This document shows positions 33,987-46,288 of a stretch of 64,000 nucleotides of DNA, piece by piece. The translations under genes were made by a program, and so were the position numbers. Position 1 is the stretch's first letter. Each line of letters starts with the position of its first letter. The notes under the pieces are model-generated. The model was not told the origin of the DNA. It saw only the letters and a list, made by a program, of their open reading frames with translations, and did no database searches. The stretch comes from Tubulanus polymorphus. Its lineage: Eukaryota > Animalia > Nemertea. The stretch covers positions 4,692,778-4,756,777 of the forward strand of contig NC_134030.1 in NCBI RefSeq assembly GCF_964204645.1, read 5' to 3'.

Positions 33987-34273
33987 GTAAGTATATTATT
34001 TTAGTCGGTGCTGGTGACTCCATCTACTTAGATTACGATCATAATATCTTATTTTTGATTAAGAATATGATTTAATCATGTACATCATGGAAGGCAGTTG
34101 TGCATTTTTTGTACCGTAAGTATATATTTTGTTTACTATGTCTCGCAGAAGTATCTTTAATACGAAATATTCTGATGTAGTGATGTTTAGGATATAGCCA
34201 TTATAATAACCAGTCAAAGCCAGCCGGTAGGTATTTCATCAGTCATGTTTTTTGGTATACTAAGGTTTGATAT

Positions 34274-35248
34274 TCACCATTTTCGCGTACCACCGCATAC
34301 GAATATTGACCTAAGATCATTTCTAAAGCGTTTTCCACCTCCGACGCAGTACAACAAAAAGTTAATACCGTGGTTCACGTACAACATGTCATGCAAAATC
34401 TTTTCGATGGTGCCGTGGAACGTAAATGTTGCGCAGTTGGTCCTTTTAAGTTTAGGGTATATCGAATTGTAGACGAGTTTGATAGTGAACGGACTGACTA
34501 GAATCGTGAAAGTTATAGACACTAATAGCAGCGTCCTTGTTATTTGCGTTTCACTGAAACTGTCTTTGCCCTTAGCGCCCAGGTGTCCGTCGCTGGTTCG
34601 TCGTTTCCTGATACTTGCGATGATCAACACGTTACACATGAAGACGATCGCGCACGGTCCGACCGTATCAAACGCTAGTTTGACGACGGTGTCGACAAAG
34701 CGCACCGTAGCGGTAAACAGCTCGGAGCCGATGCACGTGTTCCAACCGGATAACACGTCGATTCCAGTCGTGAATACGAAAAAATAATGAAAGAACCGCG
34801 CCACCATGACTCCGTATAAAACCACCACTGAAATCTTGACATTGCGCATTCTGCATATTCGCATCGCTTTCAGCGGAAAAAGAGTCGCAATACTCCGCTC
34901 TATCGTCATGAAAGCTACTAACCACGCGGCCGTCGTGACGCCAAAACTGCCCAGAAATACACCCAGCTGACAGTAAAACGGGTGCGTATTAGTGTCGTGA
35001 ATACGCGCCGCCCACAGATAGTTGTGCAGGTACGACAGAAGTGGAATATTGTCGACGAAAGCAAGATTCGCCATCAGGAAACAGATCGAACTCGCGCGAT
35101 TCTTCTTCATAGTCATCACAGCCAGCGCCAGACAGTTACCGATAATACTAGGCACGACAAGCCCCATACGAATGTGCATGATGATGCCTTGGACATTGTC
35201 ACAGTTAAGCCGACTACTTTTCCCGGTTGTGGTGTTCGGATGCAACAT
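34274..35248 (-). CDS. Intronless class A GPCR, FMRFamide/peptide-receptor-like orphan
   Basis: IIGNCLAL (TM1), NLAFVD (TM2), FYC..AAWLVAFMTIERSIATLFPLKA (TM3), GPC (TM5), ILVSP (TM6), NHGINFLLYC..RFR (TM7/H8). First in-frame ATG is at 35248. Confidence 0.92.
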   Translation of the reverse strand: MLHPNTTTGKSSRLNCDNVQGIIMHIRMGLVVPSIIGNCLALAVMTMKKNRASSICFLMANLAFVDNIPLLSYLHNYLWAARIHDTNTHPFYCQLGVFLGSFGVTTAAWLVAFMTIERSIATLFPLKAMRICRMRNVKISVVVLYGVMVARFFHYFFVFTTGIDVLSGWNTCIGSELFTATVRFVDTVVKLAFDTVGPCAIVFMCNVLIIASIRKRRTSDGHLGAKGKDSFSETQITRTLLLVSITFTILVSPFTIKLVYNSIYPKLKRTNCATFTFHGTIEKILHDMLYVNHGINFLLYCVGGGKRFRNDLRSIFVCGGTRKW

Positions 35249-36148
35249 CCTCTTTTTCAAATCCCGCGCGAATGAAGGTGGAAGATCACTCTCAGTGTAA
35301 CTGAGAATGCGAACACGTTCTAATATCGGCGCATATTTACCCGTGAACGCCTCGAGCAACGGAGCTCAATAATTGCAGTCATTTTCGCAATATCGAAAAT
35401 CATTGAGAACAAAATTATTGCCATCTTCTAAAACGACGTATAAATAAGTACCAGCCAGTTTTACGACGTAAAACGTCAATCCAACCGGGTACGAAAAAAT
35501 TATCATTACATGTTACTTTAGAAAACTTCCGCGGGGAAGAAATCTGTACACAAGTGAAAATCAGGATCGATAACAAGGTGCTTTACCATCGTGTTGGAAC
35601 CTAAGTAGCACTATTCATATAACATTTTCACTTTAAGTTCAGTAAAATGACAAAGCTTTACTGACCGTAGGAAAAGTGGTGGCGCAGCCGAAGTTTATTC
35701 CTAATAAAACACATTACCTATGCTTTTCTTTTCTTTTTAATGAATATGTGGAACTTTGTCCTTTCGTTTTTTTTAAGTATCCTTCAGATATGTATAGGTA
35801 GTAAGAGATCTAGGTCATTTCAAACGGGTTAACTTTTTAATGATTGCTTCGTACTGAAAAGACCAAAATATTCAAACTCGTAATAATTTTCATAATTGAC
35901 CGTGTATATACCAGAGTATAGATATACTCGCTGGTAAATCTGATAGGCCTACACGCTGGATTTGTAGATATTAATCCCTGCAGCTCTGTGTGATATATGG
36001 ATTAACAATTCCAGTCTAATTAAAATCCGCACCGATGGTTTTGCAGCAGTGTTCTGGTATAAATAAAAGTTTGAATTTCCTCACGGAAATGCGCTTATAG
36101 TTAGGGACAGACCTCCGTTTGAATAACTCGTTGGCCTATGATGATATA

Positions 36149-38096
36149 ATGCGATGCAGTCAAGATATGTCAGGAGAAAGTGAATTATTTTGTCCTGAAT
36201 CGGTGGAGTGGCCAGGACTGCGTGTTCCGTGCGGATCTATAGTAGTGGCGATAGACATAGGTAAGTGATAAAAACGTCAACACTTAGAAAAATTTGCTCA
36301 AAATATACCCGAGGTTCGTCTTAAATCGACAAAAATGCAAGCGAAGATTTAGGGGAACTTGGCGGCGAGATACGACGATATTGATACTAGCCATCGTATT
36401 GAAAGAATATTTTCCAGGGAAAATCAACAATTTTTTTCCTCTAAATCTTAGGATGTAGTCTCATAAAGCTATGCCATTTAGTGGACGATTTGTGTACTGG
36501 TAAAAACGCAGCGGCGGACCTGCAAGAACCGTGTATACATTGTGAAAAGGTATCGTACATATTTCATTTACGAATAGATTCTTGAATATCAACATATGGT
36601 ATCAAAGAATTCATTCAATTTTTAGCAAGAAATCGGGTCAAACGTTCGAATGAATTTCATCAGTTTGAAAAACTCCGACATCGAAAAATGCATGCAGTAT
36701 ATAAAACAGTTGATGGAAACGACAAGAAAAAAACCAGTGATAATCGGGCTCGGAGTTGGCACGTTAAAACACAGAGAACGAATCAAATCTGAACTACGAG
36801 TCGAGTAAGAAAACCTCGGAATAACCTCGCAATAATCTATTGCGTTACGAATAATTATACATGCTAATTCATATTCATTAGGCTTCAGGAAAGCGATGAA
36901 TTCAAATGCTTCGCGAAAGCATTTCACAGCATCTTGGAAAATCAACAGTTGGCGGCATCGTTTGTGCTGCCTTCCGTTGATCCTGTAATCGACCACAGAC
37001 AGTTCGGTCTGGCTCAACCAACTCCGGATAACTCTCAAACGAACGACGATCAAGCGGATGAAATATTTCCTGCCATATTATGCGTATTGGGCTCCACGGC
37101 TAACTTTCTCAAAGTATGTCCTATACGTGTATACGTTGAAAAAAAATAACCGTCAATTTCCTTGTTATTCCAGTCCCCCGCAAAATTACATTTTTCATCC
37201 AGATTGACGCCGATGGAAGTTACACATATCTACACAACGTGAAACGGTGCGGTGTATTTTTCTATTCACTAGGCAAAATACTAACTGGTTGTGAGGTTAG
37301 TTAATTCAAAATTCGTGACGTGTCACATTGCAAAGTATGACGTCATTGCTCATAATTTTCAGACCTATGAAGAGTTGATGTCGCTGACGCGTGAAGGACA
37401 CGCCCCTAATTTAACAATCTGCTTGGACGAAATACTGACGGAAAAATACGGCGATGTTGATGGTGTTAGATTGAGCAAATCGCTTCAAAGTCTCGATTTC
37501 CGGGCAGAAACGTTGCCTTTCGGTCGGCTGATAAAAGATGGTCAGTTTCAACAGGTTATTCCCATAAACAAGAAACTCGATGACGCTGCTATGCACTATA
37601 ATCGCGAAAGCTTGTACTTCAAATAAATCTAGTTAACTTTCAAAGGTCTACTTAAAAAGAAACTTTTCTCGCAAAAGGCCGCTTTATTGATGGCGCATGG
37701 GTCTCCTTCGTCTGAAATTTATCATATTGTAGATTCATTGAAACCAACTAGAGAAGATATGGCCAGGGCTTTACTTCATACAGTTGCTGACGGTGTTATG
37801 GACGTAGCTGTGTTGCTCGCGAAGGAAACACGACTACGCCGGGTGTACTTCGCCGGATCTTTCCTTCGCGAAAATTTTCCCGCACGAGATTACCTTTCGC
37901 AAATGCCATACGCATCTATGGTGAGACCGTACACAGATCGAAACTTTCGCAAATGAGTTTAATTGTGGACTTTCTTTTTCACTAAATGGGTTTTCTTACA
38001 TTTCAGAATCGTTGGATGGTTAATGCCCGGTTTTTACGCCATGATGGTTATATTGGGGTGATGGGAGCCGTTTTGAATTGCGTAGGAAGTCAATGA
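36149..38096 (+). CDS. Divergent type II (fumble-family) pantothenate kinase-like protein, ~8 exons
   Basis: Spliced translation AIDIG|CSLIKL, MNFISL, GLGVGTLKH, SDEFKCF, FPAILCVLGSTANFLK, LGKILTGCE|TYEELM, PFGRL, REDMARALL, RVYFAGSFLR, ARFLRHDGYIGVMGAVL follows the eukaryotic PanK motif order. Confidence 0.82.
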
Positions 38097-39486
38097 AAGA
38101 CACAATATCCGATATAACGATGAACCCGCTCATTTAGAACCATCATTAAAAGACTGAATGAAACTGAATGCGATATTTATTCATGGAATGATGTGAAAAG
38201 CGATAAAAAAGCGAATTAGATAATGCAGGAATATATGCAGATATACTGTATAAGCATTTCTAGCGTTATTCACGTTTACAAATGAGAGGTTTCACTCTAT
38301 TGGATTCCCGAATACATCTGAATCATCTCATTTCAATCGCTAAACAGTCTCCAAAAAATAAATTATTGTGTGATCGGCATAATTGTTTCGCTAGTATATG
38401 GAATTTGGTGTCTAATACAGGCTGATTCTTTATTTGCCATAAGTAGACAGAACTTTCTGAAAAAATACCCAAAGTATTAACTTTGGAAATATTTCCAAAG
38501 TATAAGAATTTCACTGATCCCATATCGGCATTTAAACTACTCTACAATTGATATGACATGACACGACATGCGGCAAGGCCAGCAATAGTTGTGACATTTT
38601 CCAGCAGCACTTGCTACAACGACCTTCTGACTGAAGATATATATTCCGGATTTGATTAGGCTAGACTCGAGACACCAAAACAAGAAATCCTGTATCTCTT
38701 CTCCATCCAAACTTTGGTGATTCAAATTTCCGAATCTCATTACGAAGAATGTAATCTATCAATATCAATCATAAGAAAAATTTGAAAAAGAATTCCATTT
38801 TTAAGCCAAGGAAATCCTTCATGTCATCTGTAGCCGAACGGCCCGAAGTGCATGCAGCTGCTGCCCACCAGTACGTGCGCGGTGGCTCATTTTCTCAACA
38901 TCTACGCTCAGAATATGGAACAGGTAATAAATGCTATTATGCACGATGAAAATTGCGGTGCCGAATCCCAACCGTGCATTCACCTAAGATAAATATAGAT
39001 ATTTTACATGAATAAAATAGATATATATGTATATGCTGTAACCAATGAATTAATTAACTTCATGATTCGTGGAACGGATATCTATACAGAAAAAAATATA
39101 TAACAATTCTATAGGAAATCTAAATTACTCGTATCCAAATGACTGGATTATGAAATTTGTCACGAACGCCAAAACACTGCGAAAAGGGTATTTTATCCTT
39201 CGTGTTATTTGATAATTATTTCATTGTACGAACCATGAAGTTAACTCTACCGAAGCGCCACCTACTGTGGAGCTAAGGCGTGCCGTGAGTCCTTATATGG
39301 GATTCTCTCAATATCCAAATTATTTTTTTTCCTACAGCTTAGATTCCAAATCGCTGCGAGCACAATCATTTCGTTTTGCAGATAGGTTCTTTTCTTTTGC
39401 TTACTCAAATCGAAAAGACATTACTAAAAATAATTATAATGATAATTTTCTCTGAAATCTGGGGTGTTTAAAAAAGTATATTTAGC

Positions 39487-41287
39487 TTATCGAGAAAGGA
39501 ATTTCATTAAACCCGCAATGCACACCATCAGCGACCAAGCAAATGGTAACGTGTTAGGGGCAGCATTTTCAGTCGCGGTTAGAGTGTTAACATTGCATCC
39601 ATCGCTATCATCGCAACATTTCACGGTTACTTTAGTCACACCTGCTTGAAGCGGGCTCACTATTTCGCTCGGGCAGTTGTCGTAAGGAGCGCATCCTCTT
39701 AAGTAGAACTTGTCGGTTCCTTTCTTGTATATTGCAAACTGTAAAAAAAACATTCGTTCTCATGTATGCGATTGTAAATTATGTATATACGGGGTCACGA
39801 ATTCATGGGCGGTATAATCAATCTCAATTAAATAGTCGAAAAACATAGTCTCGAAACTTCTGACAACTAAATGAATCATGAATCATATTAAAACTGAACT
39901 TAAAGTCTATATGGTTTTTATTAGTTCAAAGCCTATGTTCTGTCTTATTTTCAACATCGAATGGATATACTTACTACGCATTGTTCAAAAGCATAACACG
40001 ATTTCGGTGGCGGCGATTTTGCCTCTGCTACACAATTTGGAGACAGTGAATGTGTATTGATTTTTGCGTCAGTTATCCCGGTGATCTGACCTGAAACAGG
40101 CCCTGTTTGGTTCCCAGTCGTCCCGGCGCATTGGTAACATTTCTTGATAGTTGGAACTATTATTACAGAAAATGACATGATAACAATGCATCTTACCACT
40201 CTCAAGATGGATTCTATAACTTTTTCGATGGGACACTGCGCGATAACATACACTTCATGCGTTTGAAGATTGACTGACTAACCTGGCGGGGGTGTGTACC
40301 CAGAGCAGCCTGCAGCCGGACAGCAACCTTGTTTTACAGCTGTAATAACGCCCGGTAAGATAGCTTTCGAGCATTGCGCCTTGGGGACACATGCCTTGAT
40401 GACAAGGGGTTCTGCGTTAAATGTGTATTCGGCTACCTAAAAAGACACATTGAACCTGGGCGATAAATATTTCCTGCATTTCGATGGTGTCCCATTCTAA
40501 GAGTGCTACAGTTTCATCCAGTTTCCACAACGGGAGGATGAATTTTTTGGAAGTTGTCTAATGCTTGCGTGCCATGCTTGCGGATGGTTACGTTTTGAAA
40601 TACCGATCCGCAACGATGACTGACTACAAATATTAACAATATAGAATCTTGATCTAAAGAATTACTACATTTTAACCTACCAGACATTCATCAGTTGCAT
40701 TTGTGCAATTTGTAGCGGCAGCACTGGTACAATTCAGGTCGTATTGAAGCGCTGCAACTCCTGTGCCTGCAGTTGTGTTCACGTGGCTTGCCAAAGTCGT
40801 AGCCGCTGCCACTGTTGCTGCACTGGTTGTGTTTGACCAACATTGTCGACAACCTTTTCGAAAAAACAAACCATTTATTTAATGGAAGCGAGTTCTGTGG
40901 TAGCGATTGAATTTTCTCCCGAGAGCTATTGGGGCCATTGAGAAAAAACTACTAATTTCCGGTTTGCATAAACTCACTTTTTGCCTGGACTAGAATTCCA
41001 GTGCCTACAACTGAAAGAAGAAGTAAAACAAACAAATTTATGACATGAAGTGTCTTGCAGATGAAAACTTTCGTAAAATGTAGAAGCTATATTGTTTTAC
41101 ATAACATACATAATATAAAAACCCTATTTCAATTATTTCTTCGGGCATCGATCTATTTCAAATCTTGCTTTCTTGTAAAATGAATATTTGCTTAATTCGA
41201 TGAATAAAATCGTTTTTCTTTTATCTTTTCTTTCAATGTTCTCAACTCACCCAACAGTAACACGGTAATAATCCCTTTATTGTCCAT
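39487..41287 (-). CDS. GPI-anchored protein with two three-finger (Ly6/uPAR) domains, 6 exons
   Basis: Signal peptide in exons 41287-41251 and ~41011-40978. Domain 1 CRQC...C..C..EC|..KAC..C..GCC..GCS. Domain 2 KCYQC...C..C..QC|..RGC..C..KCCDDSDGCN. Hydrophobic C-terminal GPI-type signal. Confidence 0.85.
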
Positions 41288-42021
41288 TCTTGTTGTTTTG
41301 TCTGCTTAGTTTAGTTAGTCCGTGTCCTTGCACTGCGCTGGTTAATGTGCGACAACGCCCTAATGGCGAATCATCGGCTTGATATACAGTTTACGAAAAA
41401 AAAAACAACCATACTCTAACGCATACTTCAAATACACTTCAAAATCATGTGATCGAGTTATGTGACTTCACGCAATAACGTATGACGGAATTTCTTGAAT
41501 TGTAATTGTATTATATTATATTCAGCAATATATAGATACCGCGGTACGCGATAGGAAACACCTTTTTGGTAAATCTATTTACAGATCGTTAGATTTCGGT
41601 TGAACATCATGATTGATTCTTCTTTTGAATGGCCGTGAAAGATGTTAAAATATGGTAGAAGCCATAAAATACGTCGAGTGTAAGAGAAAGCTATTAATGG
41701 GTAATACCGAGACATTCTGGTCAATTATTGCGTCTTCGTGACTTCTTGTTCTGGGAGTAAACTTTCATTCTGCGTAAAATCAACCTCTGTCCAGAAATAT
41801 ATTTTCATTTTCAACTCGAGGGCTCGACAGTTCAAAACGAAATTGAAAATTCGCTCAACTAACTAAATACTTGAGAAAAAATTTAGAGTCTTGTCGTTTC
41901 AGGTGTTTAAATCTGGAATGAAAAATCCAATCGTTTTGTGGGTCAGGTACTATCATACTGGAATGTATGATTAAATAAGGGTTAACGCTCAATATAGGAT
42001 AAGTGTAATTATCGAAACCTA

Positions 42022-42024
<3 letters not shown>

Positions 42025-42067
<43 letters not shown>
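42025..42067. repeat. (TA)n microsatellite
   Basis: Short TA run. Confidence 0.95.
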
Positions 42068-42070
<3 letters not shown>

Positions 42071-42990
42071 CGGTCAAGATGATCTCAACTAAGACGAGTG
42101 GGCCTATACGTTTTTCGCTAAACGTGGGTAAATTTTGTTTTCCCTGTCACTCATTTTGTGATCCCACATTCCACATTAACACAACCGAAACCAACAAACA
42201 ATTATTTGTCATGTCCCTGGCGAGTCGCTATCCCAATTAAATCGAAAAGATTAGCACGAAACTGATTTCAAGGTGATAATTCGGCTTAAATTAGTTAGAA
42301 TATATAGAGAATTTCAATAAGAATAGAATTTTAGATAATAGAGAGGCAAAGGATGACATCGTGAAATTAACGAAAAATGTTTGTAGCCGAGATAGGATAC
42401 AAAAAACTTCCGTGAAGAAAGTGCTCGAAAACTGAGGATGTAAAACAATAGTAATACTTTTCATTATCATTCACCCGATGAAGCACATTAGTAGCGAAAG
42501 CCCGCGCGTCAAATCAAATAACTCCACCCAGTTAATACGGCTCCTCTACGAATCTGCTTTGAACGCATGCTTGTAGATATAAGCTAAAAAAACAAGACAC
42601 TCGTTTTTAGTATTATTCAAGTTTATTGAACAATGATAAGTATTGAAAATATGAATGCAAATAAGGAATCGGACAGTCGTTTCTAAAGTTGAAATTACGG
42701 CCCCTGGCGGAGCGTGTCAGGGGACCGAATATCATATCAAATGCAAAATACGTTCATTCGGCATCGCCCGTGAATGACTTTGGAAACGTTTGGGCCAGAG
42801 TACGATCAACTTAGGCAATAACGCGATACAACGGGATGCTACATTCGCTATAATCTCAGCCAGTAAAAACAATTCGGTCTCGTTATTCTAAATCCCCATT
42901 CATAAAAACACATCACAATATCGATCGTCATGAAGGTCTTTAAGTTCAGTAAATAGCCGATCGATTATTGTAACATATCAGAAGTCCGAT

Positions 42991-45381
42991 CTAGTAGGTT
43001 GAAGTCGAAGAAACATTACTATTTTTACTATGAGGAAAGAATTTCGTGTTTATGAAACCCATATCTGCTTGCCATCGATAGTTATCGCTATTAGTATTGA
43101 ATATCTTATTCAGGACATAGAACGGACGGAATCCAATTTCTAGGGTTTTTTTCATATCTGCAGCGTACTGCCCCATGCTGAATCGTTTTTCTCCGAATAC
43201 GTGGTATTCGACTAGGTACTGTTTTACGATGTTTATCGTACCGTCTGACAATATATTATGCAGGACGTCGAATTCTGTGCCTTCGATATCGATTTTAAAG
43301 AAGTCGATAATCCTCTGAAAATACAACAAATCAACGAATAAATCGAATAAGGAATTCTTGAAATACGATTTTATGATTTACGTTTTTGAAATGAAGGATT
43401 CGAACCTGAATGATCATATATGACATAATTCCGATATATCGGAAAGAGAATTGCAACGAACATCTTCGTTCTTTTGAACTTACGTTCTCCCGTTTTACCA
43501 TTTTCAGAATGGATCTTACAGTTCGAACCTTCCATACTTGATCTGATTCGACGTATTCATCCTTTCTCGGAATAAAACTATCAGTGTCTGATCCACCAAC
43601 TCCCAGATCGTAAAACCAGACTTTTTTCGAATGTCTATGATCCGGTTTATTCATGCTATGATTAGGACGAAAAAACAAAATATAAAGAACATGTAATTTG
43701 CGTGTGAACGCGCTCTCTAATTAGGCACGGTCCAAATTTGGCCAGAGCCTGATCGGTGTCAATTTAGCCTGGGCCAAATCTTCTCCGTGTGATCGCGGCT
43801 ATAGAAATGTCTTAATCGCACATTAATTTTTGGTACGCGTAAAATCAATTTACGGGTATTGCTTATTACGGGTTTTACTACCTCGGATCAAACGCGTAGA
43901 CTTCACATCCGAATTTTTCCATTTGATCATCAAACTGCCATAAATTAGCGATCCTGCGTCAGATAGAAATAAGAAACAAAATATGATATATAAAATATAT
44001 GCGCCGGGTAACCCCGGAAGCCTTCTTTGTGCTATAGGGATCGGGACACACGTGTTTCGAGTTCTGGAAACAGTGCGGAATAGTTGAATGAAATATCAAG
44101 TGCCCAACACACACGAGGCCCGGAACGCTCGGAAACATGTTTCCGTCTGCTGTTTCCGTGTTTCAATGCGTCGTTTAAGTTGGGCTTAATCAAGCTATTA
44201 CTACATTACGTACCCGAATGAAAGAGCCAAACAACCAGGTTTAGGTGCAAACGGTTCATCGTGACAAACGTACCAGCTTCCTTCTCCACCCTCGCCATAA
44301 ATTTTACGATTTTTACACGTATACATGGGGCCTTTATTCATGTACCTAGTGTTAGAAAACAACGCAATCCATCAATGTAATAACACTAATTGTTATAATT
44401 GCTCACTCTTCTGAACCCTCTAGCTTACTCATATAAACTCTCCTGAAATTATCAAAAATCATCAACTTTCATTTCCTTCCCCTTTATTTCTTCATTTCCC
44501 TATCGTTTTTTTCCCTGGGTGCTTGCGACAGCGGCCTAAAGGCTTTGCTTGGCCCACACTGAAAGCTACTGTTCTCTCTCTCTTTTTATAATTGTGCTTT
44601 GTTTAAAAAAATTGTAAATTTTATTTTCTCTCAACCTGTGTACATAGCCTGTCATGCTTTCTGTGAAATAAATTTGAACTTGAACTTGAACTTGAACGCA
44701 TTGTTAGAACTATACGATATACACGGAAGCATAGATACATTGAGTTTAGAGGCTAACAGAAATATTAATCATCCGCTCTATAAAACACACACACCCTTTG
44801 ATTAAAGCCTCGCCTTCCCACCATTTCAGCGCAGATACACTTCCTGAAGAATAAAGCGAAAGAAATATTTCGAGATGTTTTCGCGGGGGTGAACCTAGAT
44901 ATTTTGAATTGGACAACACCTCCTAGGCCTTGTACATACATTACAGTACACGAAGAGCGAACACAGATAATGGGGTTTGGGCCCTCCCCAAGTGAGTATG
45001 TATACACATAATCGTATGAAGCTTTTATTCGATAAAAAATAGCGATTAAATGCGCGATAAAGAGTAATAGAAATTGAGGAAAAAATTCTTTTCATTGATT
45101 TATAAAAAAATGGCAAATGAATAAAACTTTGAATGTAACGCATATTTCCAGAATAGATAAAATGTATGTGCACAATCGATCTGCCGTTATTTACTCATCT
45201 GTCATTATCGTTATTATTTTAAACAGCTTTAGCAAATGTAATACGTGCATTCTTTCGACAAAATGTGCATTATCCTGGTGATACAAAATGTTACCTTACC
45301 GGGTTGTTGAGCTTCTGTAGACTTAGCACCAGCTAGATTGATAATGGCATACCGTAACGTCGATTCTTTACTTAGCAATTG
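42991..45381 (-). CDS. METTL24-like (Methyltransf_22/FkbM-type) methyltransferase; 5' exon(s) not located
   Basis: Exons give CKNRKIYG..GEGSWYVC..CLALSFG|IANLWQFDDQMEKFGCEVYAFDP|SM..VWFYDLGVG..VRTVRSI|IIDFFKIDIEGTEFDVL..VKQYLVEYH. Assignment of the upstream exons (~44795-44843, 45300-45381) is less certain. Confidence 0.83.
44500..44697 (+). mobile_element. Probable 3' end of a non-LTR retrotransposon (CR1/L2-like tail)
   Basis: AATAAA followed by (TTGAAC)x4. No ORF remnant identified and the left limit is approximate. Confidence 0.4.
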
Positions 45382-45593
45382 CTGTGTCGTTAGAAAAATA
45401 TAAAGAAAACCGAGTTTACGCGAAGCATCCAACCCGGAACATGTGTCACATTAAGACGATTGATAAGTCTTGGCTTTCGTGTCAGCTGACACTATATGAA
45501 AGTTAAAGAAAATATGTGAATAATTCTGAATTCCCAATGGTGGACGGCACCATTCGGTAGGAGGGCAGAAGTCGCGGTTGTCGAGTGTCTAAA

Positions 45594-46288
45594 GCCGGGC
45601 GTAGGTTGGCCTTGCGACGCGACGCGATCGTCGCGTTGCGTCATAAGTGGCCGCGCAAGTCGGTTGCGATGCGGTTTTCAGCGACTGTGTGCGACTAGTT
45701 GCTGCACGGTCGCGTCGCGTCGCAGAAAGTAGAACATGTGCGACTCATTGCGACTGGCGTCGCTGGCAGTCGCAACCCCGCAAGGTAGCGTAGGTCGGTG
45801 AGTCGTTGCGACGCGAACGTCGCTGGCGGTCGCAGTGAGTCGCAAGCCGTCGCAAGGCCGACCTACGCCCGCCTTAAGAGGAGTGGGTAAACCTATAGAA
45901 AAGTTCGTATTTCGCATCCAAATGGCTAGAGTTATACTTGATCAAAAGCTGCCACTTGGATGCGAAATAACTACTTATCTATAGGTTTACCCGCTCGCTT
46001 AAGGCGGGCTTAGGTCGGCCTTGCGACGGCTTGCAACTCACTGCGACCGCCAGCGACGATCGCGTCGCAACGACCAACCGACCTACGCTACTGCCAGCGA
46101 CACCAGTCGCAATGAGTCGCACATATTCTACTTTCTGCGACGCGACGCGACGCGACCGTCACAACCGACCTGCGTGCTGTTGCGACTGGCAGCAAGTAGT
46201 CGCACACAGTTGCTGACAACCGCATCGCAACCGACTTGCGCGGCCACTTGTGACGCAACGCGACGATCGCGTCGCGTCGCAAGGCCGA
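45594..46288. repeat. ~700-bp imperfect palindrome: two inverted MITE copies around a palindromic spacer
   Basis: 45594-45873 has its own ~26-bp TIRs (GCCGGGCGTAGGTTGGCCTTGCGACG / CGTCGCAAGGCCGACCTACGCCCGCC). 46003-46288 is its reverse complement. The spacer arms 45880-45927 and 45951-45996 also pair. Confidence 0.88.

Noticed and set aside
34479-35300. Plus-strand ORFs over the minus-strand GPCR (similarly antisense ORFs at 22642-23484 and 57271-57642)
   Set aside because: Antisense shadows of real coding sequence with no independent motifs.
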